From NCBI GenBank assembly GCA_040905565.1, contig JBBDRF010000021.1:101008-165007 (forward strand): a stretch of DNA of 64,000 bases, in the 5' to 3' direction. Positions 46,770 through 55,712 of the stretch are shown here, piece by piece. Numbering within the stretch: position 1 is the first letter of the stretch; every line of letters starts with the position of its first letter. The DNA comes from Phycisphaeraceae bacterium. GTDB taxonomy: Bacteria > Planctomycetota > Phycisphaerae > Phycisphaerales > Zrk34. The notes beneath the pieces are model-generated. The model was not told the origin of the DNA and made no database searches. It saw only the letters and a list, made by a program, of their open reading frames with translations. The position numbers were made by a program, and so were the translations under genes.

Positions 46770-48527
46770 TCACAGCTTCGCCGTTGGATCGAACCGCTGC
46801 GCCATCGGCATGCGCCGGCCGAATCCGAACGCCCGGCTGGTCACCTTCAAACCCGGCGCTGCCTGCTTGCGCTTGTACTCGTTGCGATCGATCAGGGCAC
46901 AGATGCGCTCCACTGTCGCCGCGGCGAATCCCGTCTCTTCCACGATCTGCGTCACCGGCTGCAGATGCTCGATGTAGCGCAGGATGATTGCGTCAAGCTC
47001 GTCATAAGTCGGCAGCGAATCCTGGTCCCGCTGGTCCGGTCGAAGCTCCGCAGAAGGGGGTTTCGTGATCGACGCTTCGGGAATCGGCGCGTGGCCGAGC
47101 TGCTTAACAAGTGGCGATTCCGCTGTGTTCAGGTACCGCGACAGATCGTAGCAAAGCATCTTCGGTACATCCGAAAGCACCGCAAGCCCGCCCGCCATGT
47201 CGCCGTACAGCGTGCAATAGCCGACGGCCATTTCCGACTTGTTCCCCGTCGTCACCAGCATCGCGTTGAACTTGTTGGAGTAGGCCATCAGGATGTTGCC
47301 GCGCAGCCGTGCCTGGATGTTCTCCTCCGCCACGCCCGGCTCGGTGCCCTCAAAAACCGGCGCGAGCGAACGCTCCATCGCCGCATGCGCTTCATCGATC
47401 GGCACCAGATGAAATGCGATGCCCAGCTTCTCCGCCAACTCCCGCGCATCGCTGATCGAGTGCTCGGAGGAGTATCGGCTGGGCATGGCGATGCCCGTCA
47501 CGTTCTCCGCCCCCAGCGCCCCCACAGCAATCGCCGCGGTCAGCGCCGAGTCGATCCCGCCCGAGAGGCCGACCACCAGCGACTTGAACCCGCACTTTTT
47601 GCAGTAGTCGGCGAGACCGAGCCGCAGCGCGTGGTAAAGCTCCGCCAGCCCCTCGGGAGCGGGTTCGATGCGATTGCTGACAGGGGGAGGAGAAGCGTCC
47701 CAGCTCACACCGCCACAGGTGTCAGGGCGGGCAGCGGTGGGGGGGGTAGGGGGGTAGCCGAGTTGCGGGAGGTCTGCCACGAGCAGGTCTTCCTCGAACG
47801 CACGGGCATGGGCGACGACCTCCCCCTCCGCGTCGATGATGCAGGAGTTGCCGTCGAAGATCAGTTCATCGTTCCCGCCCACCTGATTCACGTAGACGAT
47901 GGGAATGCCGTACCGCTTGGCTGTGTGCGTCAGGAGGTTCAGCCGAAACGTCCGCTTTTCCAGCACGAACGGCGAGGCGGAGCAGTTGATGAATAGCTGT
48001 GCGCCTAGCTGGGCGAGTTCGTCGATCGGGTTATCGTGATAGAGCTGCCGCGAAAAGATCTCGCGATCGTTCCAGAGGTCTTCGCAGACGCTGATGCCGA
48101 GCTTCGTACCCTCAAGCGTGGCCAGATCAAGCTTTGGGCCCGGCTCAAAGTATCGCGTCTCATCAAACACGTCGTACGTCGGCAGCAGATGCTTCAGATG
48201 CGTGTGGATGATCCGCCCGTCCCGGCAAACGGCAGCGGCATTGTAAAGCTCACGCCCTGCAGTCTGCGTGGAACGCGCGGGGTAACCCACCACGGCCGTG
48301 ATGCCTCGGCAATGGGAAGCAATGCGTTTCATCGCCGCTTCGCACTGGTCGATCAGGTCGGGCTTGAGCAGCAGATCCTTCGGCGGATAGCCCACCACCG
48401 CAAGCTCGGGGAACACCACGAGGTCCGCCTCCGCCTCGGCGGCGCGGTCGATATCGCCGATGATCTTGGTCATGTTCCCGGCGATGTCGCCGACTGTTGG
48501 ATTGATTTGTGCCAGTGCAATTCGCAT
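46770..48527 (-). CDS. nadE: glutamine-dependent NAD+ synthetase
   Basis: MRIALAQIN, FPEL, GYPPKD, ICED-like nitrilase motif (VCEDLW); GLSGGIDS, ENIQAR, TGNKSE, YCTLYGD, PPSAEL. Confidence 0.95.
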   Translation of the reverse strand: MRIALAQINPTVGDIAGNMTKIIGDIDRAAEAEADLVVFPELAVVGYPPKDLLLKPDLIDQCEAAMKRIASHCRGITAVVGYPARSTQTAGRELYNAAAVCRDGRIIHTHLKHLLPTYDVFDETRYFEPGPKLDLATLEGTKLGISVCEDLWNDREIFSRQLYHDNPIDELAQLGAQLFINCSASPFVLEKRTFRLNLLTHTAKRYGIPIVYVNQVGGNDELIFDGNSCIIDAEGEVVAHARAFEEDLLVADLPQLGYPPTPPTAARPDTCGGVSWDASPPPVSNRIEPAPEGLAELYHALRLGLADYCKKCGFKSLVVGLSGGIDSALTAAIAVGALGAENVTGIAMPSRYSSEHSISDARELAEKLGIAFHLVPIDEAHAAMERSLAPVFEGTEPGVAEENIQARLRGNILMAYSNKFNAMLVTTGNKSEMAVGYCTLYGDMAGGLAVLSDVPKMLCYDLSRYLNTAESPLVKQLGHAPIPEASITKPPSAELRPDQRDQDSLPTYDELDAIILRYIEHLQPVTQIVEETGFAAATVERICALIDRNEYKRKQAAPGLKVTSRAFGFGRRMPMAQRFDPTAKL

Positions 48528-48578
48528 CGTTCGGTTATTGTAACGATTGATCGCAAACCCCGAACGGGAGACCACCGC

Positions 48579-49397
48579 ATGAGCGTTCGTGAGCCGTTGG
48601 TAGAGGCATGGGAACAAGTCGCTGAGCCGGTCATCGGCATGGTGCATCTTCGCGCCCTCGCCGGATCGGCCGGCTACCGGGGCGAACTGGAATACGTGCG
48701 TGCCGCCATGATGCGCGACGCCACCGCACTGGTCGACGGCGGCGTCGACGGGCTGCTCGTCGAGAACTTCGGCGACGTGCCGTTCTACCCGGGCAAAGTG
48801 CCGCGTGAGGTCGTCGCGCAGATGACGGCCCTCGTCGCCGAGGTGCGCCAGACCTGGCCGGACATGCCGCTGGGCGTGAACGTGCTGCGGAACGATGGCT
48901 GCGCCGCGATCGCCGTCGCCCACGCCGCTGGCGCGGATTTTGTGCGGGTGAATGTCCTGTGCGGCGCGCGGGTCACCGATCAGGGCATCGTCCAGGGCGT
49001 CGCGCACGAAGTGATGCGGCTGCGGCGTGCGCTCGGCATCGAATGGGTCAAGGTGCTCGCCGATGTCGATGTCAAACATTCCTCTCCGCTCGGCGGCGGC
49101 ATGAGCATCGCTGACGAAGTGGCCGACCTCATCCACCGCGGGCTCGCCGACGCACTCATCGTCACCGGCAGCGGCACCGGCAAAGCGACGGGCATGGAGC
49201 AACTGCAGGCCGTGCGGGAGGCGGCGGCCGATGAGGTCGACGTGCTCGTCGGCAGCGGGGTGACAGCCGAGTCCATCGCCGACTACCGCGGCAAGACCGA
49301 CGGCTACATCGTCGGCACCGGTGTCAAAGTCGAAGGCAAAGCCGAGCACGCCGTCGACTCCGGCCGCGTCCGGGAACTCATCAAAGCACGCGGTTGA
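48579..49397 (+). CDS. BtpA/SgcQ family protein
   Basis: IGMVHL, ENFGDVPF, GVNVLRND, ADVDVKH, IVTGSGTG, GSGVT. Confidence 0.92.
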   Translation: MSVREPLVEAWEQVAEPVIGMVHLRALAGSAGYRGELEYVRAAMMRDATALVDGGVDGLLVENFGDVPFYPGKVPREVVAQMTALVAEVRQTWPDMPLGVNVLRNDGCAAIAVAHAAGADFVRVNVLCGARVTDQGIVQGVAHEVMRLRRALGIEWVKVLADVDVKHSSPLGGGMSIADEVADLIHRGLADALIVTGSGTGKATGMEQLQAVREAAADEVDVLVGSGVTAESIADYRGKTDGYIVGTGVKVEGKAEHAVDSGRVRELIKARG

Positions 49398-49515
49398 ATG
49401 CGCCGGGATTTTAAATCAAAGCGCTTTAGAATCGCTCTTTGGCCGATATACTGGAGGGCAGCAACAAGACGTCGTTGTTGAGCGGGGGGTGATCCTTAAT
49501 TGAAGGGAGCGACCG

Positions 49516-50760
49516 ATGAGCGCTGAAGATACGGGAGCGATCGAAGTCAGGAATGCCGGCGGGGGAAGCGAACTGCTCCGCGAACCGCTGGCGGGCGTGC
49601 TCTCCGCAGCCGTGCTCGCCGGTGCGAGTGATCTGCACATCGATGCCGCACCAGGCGGCTACCACATTCGCCTGCGCGTCGACGGCGTTGTCCATCTCCA
49701 CGAGATGATTGACCCCGACGCCGGCCATCGGCTGCTGAACCAGATCAAGGTCGCCTCGGGGATGGATCTCGAACACGCGCGCCATCCCATGGAAGGCCAG
49801 TTCGAATATTACGATGCCGACGACCTCCGCCGCGATGTTCGCGCCACGCTCATCCCCACGCTCGGCGACGAAGCCTGCCACCTCCGCCTGCTCACCCTGC
49901 CCGACGACTGGCGCAACATCATGGACCTCGGCCTCACGAAGACCGAGCGTGAAACCATCGAGCACGCCCTCGCCGACCTGCAGGGCCTCGTCCTCATCGC
50001 AGGCGTCACTGGCTCGGGCAAAACCACCACGCAGTACGCCGTCGCAAGGTCGCAAGATCTGGAGAACCACGTTGCTGTCTCCATCGAAGATCCCATCGAG
50101 TTCGACCTGCAAAACCTGCGTCAGGTCGAGGTCGACGAAGCACGCGACTTCAGCATGGCCGACGGGCTGCGGATTCTCCTGCGGATGGACCCCGACATTC
50201 TGGTGGTGGGTGAGGTCCGTGATCGCGAGTCCGCCACCACCACCGCCCACGCCGCACTCGGCGGCCGTCTGGTCCTCGCCACCGTCCACGCCCGCGACGC
50301 AGCCGCAGCCGTGGATGCCATGCATTTTCGCGCCGTGCCTTACTACATCCTCAGCGGGGCGCTCCGTATGGTCATCGTCCAGAACCTCATCCGCAAGCTG
50401 TGCCTGGAGTGTGCCGAATCAAAACCCATCCGCGCCCATGAAAAGCAGGTGTTCGAGGACTTCGGCCTCACCGCCCCAGCGGAACTGCTCAGCCCCGTCG
50501 GTTGCGACCAGTGCGCCGGCCGCGGCTACCGAGGGCGCACAGGCGTCTTCGAAGTCGTTACGATCGATGAAGAAACCGCTGAGTTTCTCGCGACCGGTCC
50601 GCATCAGCAGAAGATCCGCCGACGCTTCCGCGAGACCGGCGCGCCGTCACTCATCGTCAGCGCCCTCCAGCGTGTGTCGGACCACATCACCTCGTTTGAG
50701 GAAGTCGTCCGCCTGCACAGCCGCGAACTCCAAACCGCCCGCAACGGCAACGGCGATTAG
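49516..50760 (+). CDS. GspE/PilB-family secretion ATPase lacking the N1 domain
   Basis: ASDLHID, RLRVDG, GVTGSGKTTT, IEDPIE, LRMDPDILVVGEVRD, ATVH, CxxC…CxxC Zn motif, GYRGRTG. Confidence 0.88.
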   Translation: MSAEDTGAIEVRNAGGGSELLREPLAGVLSAAVLAGASDLHIDAAPGGYHIRLRVDGVVHLHEMIDPDAGHRLLNQIKVASGMDLEHARHPMEGQFEYYDADDLRRDVRATLIPTLGDEACHLRLLTLPDDWRNIMDLGLTKTERETIEHALADLQGLVLIAGVTGSGKTTTQYAVARSQDLENHVAVSIEDPIEFDLQNLRQVEVDEARDFSMADGLRILLRMDPDILVVGEVRDRESATTTAHAALGGRLVLATVHARDAAAAVDAMHFRAVPYYILSGALRMVIVQNLIRKLCLECAESKPIRAHEKQVFEDFGLTAPAELLSPVGCDQCAGRGYRGRTGVFEVVTIDEETAEFLATGPHQQKIRRRFRETGAPSLIVSALQRVSDHITSFEEVVRLHSRELQTARNGNGD

Positions 50761-50782
50761 GGCACCCATCGCGCATGGATGC

Positions 50783-50924
50783 GAGCCACGCACGTAAGTA
50801 AGTGGTCGGCGCGCTCCTGGTATCGTCGACATGTCCGCTCTCGCCGCGCCCGGATTCGGTGGCGATCGTACCTTCCGGTGCAGCCCAAGCGTTTGAGCCG
50901 ACCGCTCCCTCACGGTCGCGGCTC
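50783..50924. repeat. inverted pair of 23-bp REP-like elements
   Basis: GAGCCACGCACGTAAGTAAGTGG (50783-50805) and CCGCTCCCTCACGGTCGCGGCTC (50902-50924, reverse complement GAGCCGCGACCGTGAGGGAGCGG), between convergent genes. Confidence 0.65.
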
Positions 50925-50962
50925 ATCGATGGCGGACCGCCCAAACCGAAGCGGTGGGGGGC

Positions 50963-51937
50963 TCAGTTTTCCAAGAGTACTTTCACCGTGTCCGGCTGTT
51001 GTGCAGCCTGGAACGCTTCGGTCGCGTGGTCCAGCGGCAGACGGCGGGAGATCAGCGAAAGCACATCCACCTTCCCCGCATTCAGAAAATTCAGCGCCTC
51101 CGCAAACGGCCCGCATCGCGAACCAATCAACTGAATCTCATGAATTACCAGCGGCGAAAGATCGACGCTGCTCTTATCCGCCACCGTCGTCTTCAACACA
51201 ATCTGCCCGCGCGGCCGAACCACCTGCATCGCCAGCGCCAACCCCGTCGCCGACCCCGTGCAATCGACCACTATGTCCTGATCCGCACGCGGCACAAAAT
51301 CGCTCAGCAGCCGATGCTTGATCGCCCACTTTTCACACAGCGCCAGCTTGTCCGGATGCTTGCCGATCACCCGCACCGACGCATTGAACTGCGCCAGCAC
51401 CTGAGCCACCAACAACCCCAACCGCCCATCACCCAGCACCGTAATGTAAGGCTTGTCCTCGATACGAATCTGCTGAGGGATTGTGCAGGCAGCCGCCAGG
51501 GGTTCCGCGAAAACCGCATGGTCGTCGTCCAGCGTATCCGGCACCGCCAGCAGATTCATCGCCGGCAATACAAAGCGATCCGCGAAACATCCATCGCGCC
51601 CCGCAATCCCCAGCACCGTGCGATCACGACAATGATTCGAAAGCCCCCGCGTGCACATATCGCACTTGCCACAGACGCAGTTGATCGACCCCACCACCCG
51701 CTTGCCCAGCAGCTTGCGGTAGCGTTCCGGCGTGTCGGCATGCACCTGTTCAACCACGCCCACGAATTCATGGCCGAGCACGCCGGCGAAGTCCATGTAG
51801 CCCCGGCAGATCTCCAGATCCGTCGAGCAGATGCCCATCCGCGTCGGCCGAATCAGCGCCTCGCCCGCCGTTAGCGTCGGCTCCGCGTGGTTCGCATCCA
51901 GACGCCGGGCTTCGCCATCAAAAACAATCGCACGCAA
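50963..51937 (-). CDS. zinc-dependent alcohol dehydrogenase (MDR family)
   Basis: GICSTD, GHEFVG, CxxCxxC…C structural Zn site, EPLAA, GDGRLG. Confidence 0.9.
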   Translation of the reverse strand: MRAIVFDGEARRLDANHAEPTLTAGEALIRPTRMGICSTDLEICRGYMDFAGVLGHEFVGVVEQVHADTPERYRKLLGKRVVGSINCVCGKCDMCTRGLSNHCRDRTVLGIAGRDGCFADRFVLPAMNLLAVPDTLDDDHAVFAEPLAAACTIPQQIRIEDKPYITVLGDGRLGLLVAQVLAQFNASVRVIGKHPDKLALCEKWAIKHRLLSDFVPRADQDIVVDCTGSATGLALAMQVVRPRGQIVLKTTVADKSSVDLSPLVIHEIQLIGSRCGPFAEALNFLNAGKVDVLSLISRRLPLDHATEAFQAAQQPDTVKVLLEN

Positions 51938-51951
51938 AACAGACTCCCCGG

Positions 51952-52947
51952 TTACTCGCTGTCGGTCGCGCCAAGTGGATGATCAGGCCCGCGCCGTTCG
52001 TCTCGCGCCGCCTCTTCCTCGTCATCCTCAGCAGCCGCTGCATCGACCGGTTCAGGATCACGCGGCGGTGGGGGGGCAGCCTCCTCCGAAGCCTCCGGCT
52101 CAGTCGCAGGCGGCAGCGCTGCTTCGATCTCCTCAGTCGTCTCGTCGGCAGGGGGGTCAGCCGCACGCTCGGCCACCTCAACGCGCTGCGTGCCCTCAAG
52201 GCCCGACGGCTGACGCGGCTCGGCTACCGGATACTCACGCCAGAACTGCATGTGATCCAGCACGCCCGGCGGCCGAATGAACTCCTGGTAATGAAACGGC
52301 TCCTGCTTCGCGAAAAGATTTCCGCCCTGCTCATCCGCCCACGCGAGCCAGGCCGAGTTGCTGTCGCCGATGTCCGCACCGGTCAGCAGTCGCAGCGAAC
52401 GAGCCGCCTGACGCACCACCGAATACTGGCGATCATTCAACGCCCCGACCAGGGTCTCAAACACCCGGTCCTGCGGATACTGCCCCAGCGCCCGCGCCGC
52501 CGCCAGCCGAACGTCCGCATCCTCGTCCTCGCGAAGCGTCGCCACCAGCGGGTCCACCGCGTCCGGATGATGCAGCCGCTCCAGCGCCATCGCCGCTTCC
52601 CACCGCACAAAGGAGGTGCGATCGCGAAGGTAAGGCGTGATCGCCGAGACGTCACTCGGGTACCCATGCCGCGCCAAAGCCCGCAGACACGCCGCCCGAA
52701 CCGTCGGGTCCGGATCGTCCACCAGCAGGCGATAGGTGCGCAGGTAGGTCGCTTCGCCACCCCACGGCGCCGAAGCAAGCGTGTTCACCGCACGACGCCT
52801 TCGGTCCGGGTCGTAAACGTTGAACGCTTCACGGGCCACTTCACCTGGCGCGGGCGGAAACATACTATTGACGAAGCCGTTATTGCTTTCGCAACCGACG
52901 TTCATCACGATAACGCCAAGGAGGCACGCTGTGTACAGCGATCGCAT
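51952..52947 (-). CDS. HEAT-repeat lipoprotein
   Basis: Lipobox NVG-C; repeated D.D..VR.AA..AL units; acidic Pro-rich tail. Confidence 0.82.
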   Translation of the reverse strand: MRSLYTACLLGVIVMNVGCESNNGFVNSMFPPAPGEVAREAFNVYDPDRRRRAVNTLASAPWGGEATYLRTYRLLVDDPDPTVRAACLRALARHGYPSDVSAITPYLRDRTSFVRWEAAMALERLHHPDAVDPLVATLREDEDADVRLAAARALGQYPQDRVFETLVGALNDRQYSVVRQAARSLRLLTGADIGDSNSAWLAWADEQGGNLFAKQEPFHYQEFIRPPGVLDHMQFWREYPVAEPRQPSGLEGTQRVEVAERAADPPADETTEEIEAALPPATEPEASEEAAPPPPRDPEPVDAAAAEDDEEEAARDERRGPDHPLGATDSE

Positions 52948-53064
52948 AATGAGGCTCGCTCCTGAGGGGAATCTTCTGAAACAGTCTCTCGCCGACCATT
53001 CTACCGTCACAACGCAAACGTGCATCTGCTGTTCAAGGTTCGCCCTTCGTATTATGCTTCGGCC

Positions 53065-54021
53065 ATGAGTCGAATCGTGTATCTCAATGGAAAATTTGTT
53101 CCGCTCGAGCAGGCGACCGTCAGCGTCGAAGACCGCGGCTTCCTCTTCGGCGACGGCATCTACGAAGTCGTCCGCTACTACAACAGCCAGCCGCTCGGCA
53201 TGGCCATGCACCTCGATCGCCTACGCCAAAGCCTTAATCAGATCCGCCTGCCCATCGCCCTGCTCGACCACGTCATCGGCCCCGCCAACGACGCCGACAC
53301 AGGCGATCCCGCAGCTTTGAAACCCGCCCACGACGAAAACGGTGGGGGGGGTGGGGGGGCGTTTGAGATGATCAGTTACGAGTTGATGCGGCGGAACAGC
53401 CTCACCGACGGATGCGTCTACTGGCAGGTCACGCGAGGCGTCGCCCCTCGGCTGCACACCTTCCCCTCCACCGCCACGCTGCCCACCGTTTACGCCTCCG
53501 CTGAGCCTTCTCCGCCGCTTCAAGATGAGGCTGCCGCCCCACAGCTGCGCGCCATCACCCGTCCCGACGCCCGCTGGCAGCACTGCCAGATCAAGGCCGT
53601 CTCGCTGCTCGCCAACGTGCTCGACGCCCAAACCGCTGCCGAGGCCGATTGCCACGAAGCCATCCTTACTCGCGACGGCTTCGTCACCGAAGGCACCCGT
53701 CGAAGCATCCTCATCGTCGTCGGCGATCAGGTGCTGACCTACCCGCTCGACGGCCGTATCCTCGGTTCGATCACCCGCCGAATTGTTCTCAATGAAGCTC
53801 GTCAGGCCGGGTACACGGTGCAGGAAACGCGGTTCAGCCTTGAACAGTTGATGGAGGCCGACGAAGTCATCGCCGTCGGTTCCACCACCCAGGTCGCCGC
53901 CGTCATTGAAGTCGACGACCAGCCGATCGCCAACGGCGAAACCGGCCCAACCACCGCCGACCTCTTCGAACGCTACAAGCAATACGTCTTCAAAACCTGC
54001 GGCAAAACAACCACGGGCTAA
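53065..54021 (+). CDS. class IV aminotransferase (D-amino-acid transaminase-like)
   Basis: VYLNG, EDRGFLFGDGIYEV, HLDRL, QVTRG, IKAVSLL (PLP Lys), EGT, ILGSITR. Confidence 0.88.
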   Translation: MSRIVYLNGKFVPLEQATVSVEDRGFLFGDGIYEVVRYYNSQPLGMAMHLDRLRQSLNQIRLPIALLDHVIGPANDADTGDPAALKPAHDENGGGGGGAFEMISYELMRRNSLTDGCVYWQVTRGVAPRLHTFPSTATLPTVYASAEPSPPLQDEAAAPQLRAITRPDARWQHCQIKAVSLLANVLDAQTAAEADCHEAILTRDGFVTEGTRRSILIVVGDQVLTYPLDGRILGSITRRIVLNEARQAGYTVQETRFSLEQLMEADEVIAVGSTTQVAAVIEVDDQPIANGETGPTTADLFERYKQYVFKTCGKTTTG

Positions 54022-54166
54022 TTAGCGCCAAGTACGCCTGTTCACTCTCAGTGGCAGTTCCCCGAGCGGCCCTGCACCGTAAGGTTTATTATTCCCGACC
54101 GTCCCGCCGACCTCGAGCAGTACCAGATCCCATTCTGGCAGACGAAGCCGGACGCAGATGACCCCA

Positions 54167-54177
54167 AGGTCCGATAA
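54167..54177 (+). repeat. exact copy of the dif XerC arm (half-site), inverted relative to dif
   Basis: AGGTCCGATAA, 11/11 identical to the dif arm, with a similar outer flank (CAGATGACCCCA vs CAAATGACCAA). Confidence 0.6.
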
Positions 54178-54225
54178 CTTATTCCCGGACAGTAGGGGGC
54201 CCAAACGACCGTCAGCTCCCGATGC

Positions 54226-54813
54226 CTACTCCGCCAGGTGGTGCTCAGGCAGGCGAATATCACGGTCGGCGATCTCATGCTCCAGCAGATACGCCTCAAG
54301 CATCCCCACATAAGGCTGCTGAAGCAACGGCTCGTCCGCCAGGCCTATCTGCTCACGTACCGCCATCACCGCGTCATCCGAAGGCCCCTCGATCTCCACG
54401 AACCGCCCCAGGTAGGGCAGCTGATCGATCTCCACGTAGCAAGGCTCCACACGCCAGCGTCGGCGGTGTTTCTGGAACCGAATCTGCACGTGATACCCCA
54501 GCCGTTCCAGCAGCAGCACGGCGGTGTCAGCCGTGCTCACGCCGAGTTCCAGTTCCTCACGCCGCTTGATCGGGCCGTTCTCACGCCGACCTTTGTAGGT
54601 GATACGGGAACGGTCAGGCAGATCGTTAATCAGATGAGCTTCGTGACGCACCCGCAACCCGCAATCCGCCGACCGCAGCGCCTTCTCTGCCGTATCGAGG
54701 AAGACGTCGGACTCGACGATCTCCGCGATCGGCTGGCCCACCAGGTGAAGCAGTCGATCAATCAAACCGACCGAATCGTTCAAACGCATCTTGGCTTCAA
54801 TTTCAATCGTCAC
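54226..54813 (-). CDS. CYTH-domain protein (class IV adenylate cyclase/triphosphatase family)
   Basis: ExExK (EIEAK), LRVR, ITYKG, REELE, FQKHR, FVEIEG. Confidence 0.85.
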   Translation of the reverse strand: MTIEIEAKMRLNDSVGLIDRLLHLVGQPIAEIVESDVFLDTAEKALRSADCGLRVRHEAHLINDLPDRSRITYKGRRENGPIKRREELELGVSTADTAVLLLERLGYHVQIRFQKHRRRWRVEPCYVEIDQLPYLGRFVEIEGPSDDAVMAVREQIGLADEPLLQQPYVGMLEAYLLEHEIADRDIRLPEHHLAE

Positions 54814-55019
54814 AGTGTGACACCCACTCTATAATTCACAAAAACCCGGGACAGAGCCGGGCTGCCTCCAACTCGGTCGTCCGCCGACCATCCCGCCGAT
54901 GCCCGCCTTGAAGATCGTAGCGGTGGAATCATCCGCCCGCGACAGGCATCACGCAAACACCTGACGGACCCTCAACAATGGCTCCAAATCCGCCATTTCC
55001 GACCCCCCTTCCCGGCCTG

Positions 55020-55047
55020 TTTTAACATAACAGTTATTATCGGACCT
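55020..55047 (-). other. XerC/XerD dif site (chromosome dimer resolution)
   Basis: Minus strand reads AGGTCCGATAA-TAACTG-TTATGTTAAAA (11-6-11 layout). XerD arm is 10/11 and XerC arm 6/11 against E. coli dif GGTGCGCATAA-TGTATA-TTATGTTAAAT. Intergenic, and motif polarity flips here. Confidence 0.85.
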
Positions 55048-55141
55048 TTGGTCATTTGGCGGGGGGGGTGTGGGTGGTACAATGTGGCGTCCCGGTCGGT
55101 GCCGGGTTTTGTCTCTGTTCCTCTCAGGTGGTTTATCTGTC

Positions 55142-55609
55142 ATGACCGACGCTTCGGGCGGTGCTCCGGAATCAATCATCGTTCAGCCCTTGTGCAGCAT
55201 CTTCAGGCGTTTCCTCAAGAAGCGCGGACTGAAGTTCACCGCTGAGCGTGCGCTGATACTCGACGCCGTGCTTCTCAAGGACGGCCTGTTCGAAGCCGAC
55301 CAGCTGATGCTCGAGATGCATCAGGAAGGTCAGCGCGTTTCCAAAGCCACCATCTACCGCACCCTCAAGCATCTCGTCGAAGCCGGCATCATCCGCGAAG
55401 TCCTGCTGGATTCCAAGCAGGCCCATTACCAGATGGTCTACGGCAAGAAGCCCAGCGATCACCTGGTCGATGTGGAGACCGAAGAAGTCATCGAGTTCCA
55501 CAGCCCCGAGCTGGTCGCCCTGCGCGAGCGGATCGCCCGGGAGCACGGCCGCGAGGCAGTTGGGCATCGGCTGCTGATTTATACGGTCAAGCCGAAAAAG
55601 CCCGAGTAA
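55142..55609 (+). CDS. Fur-family transcriptional regulator (atypical metal ligands)
   Basis: LKKRGLKFTAER, VSKATIYRTLKHLVEAG winged HTH, DHL…VIEF, GHRL. Confidence 0.85.
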   Translation: MTDASGGAPESIIVQPLCSIFRRFLKKRGLKFTAERALILDAVLLKDGLFEADQLMLEMHQEGQRVSKATIYRTLKHLVEAGIIREVLLDSKQAHYQMVYGKKPSDHLVDVETEEVIEFHSPELVALRERIAREHGREAVGHRLLIYTVKPKKPE

Positions 55610-55634
55610 AACACGCCCGACCGCAACACCCCCA

Positions 55635-55645
55635 AGGTCCGATAT
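55635..55645 (+). repeat. second XerC-arm half-site, inverted relative to dif
   Basis: AGGTCCGATAT (10/11); CCCCAAGGTCCGATA is identical at 54162-54176 and 55630-55644. Confidence 0.55.
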
Positions 55646-55712
55646 CATCGGGGCGGGCGCAACGGCACCGCCCACCAATCGAACAATTCTGACACCGAAC
55701 ACACTCCTGACA

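Noticed and set aside
48528..49349. N-terminal 274 aa of the 859-aa ORF (apparent NadE fusion)
   Set aside because: This is the antisense shadow of the BtpA gene; NadE starts at MRIALAQ (48527).
54072..54194. CTXphi-like attP hairpin from two inverted dif-like sites
   Set aside because: The corresponding arms do not base-pair beyond TTAT/ATAA, and no phage genes are present.
54022..54225. 6S RNA, tmRNA or tRNA call for the intergenic gap
   Set aside because: No long end-to-end stem, cloverleaf or tmRNA termini could be built by eye; left as an unresolved finding.
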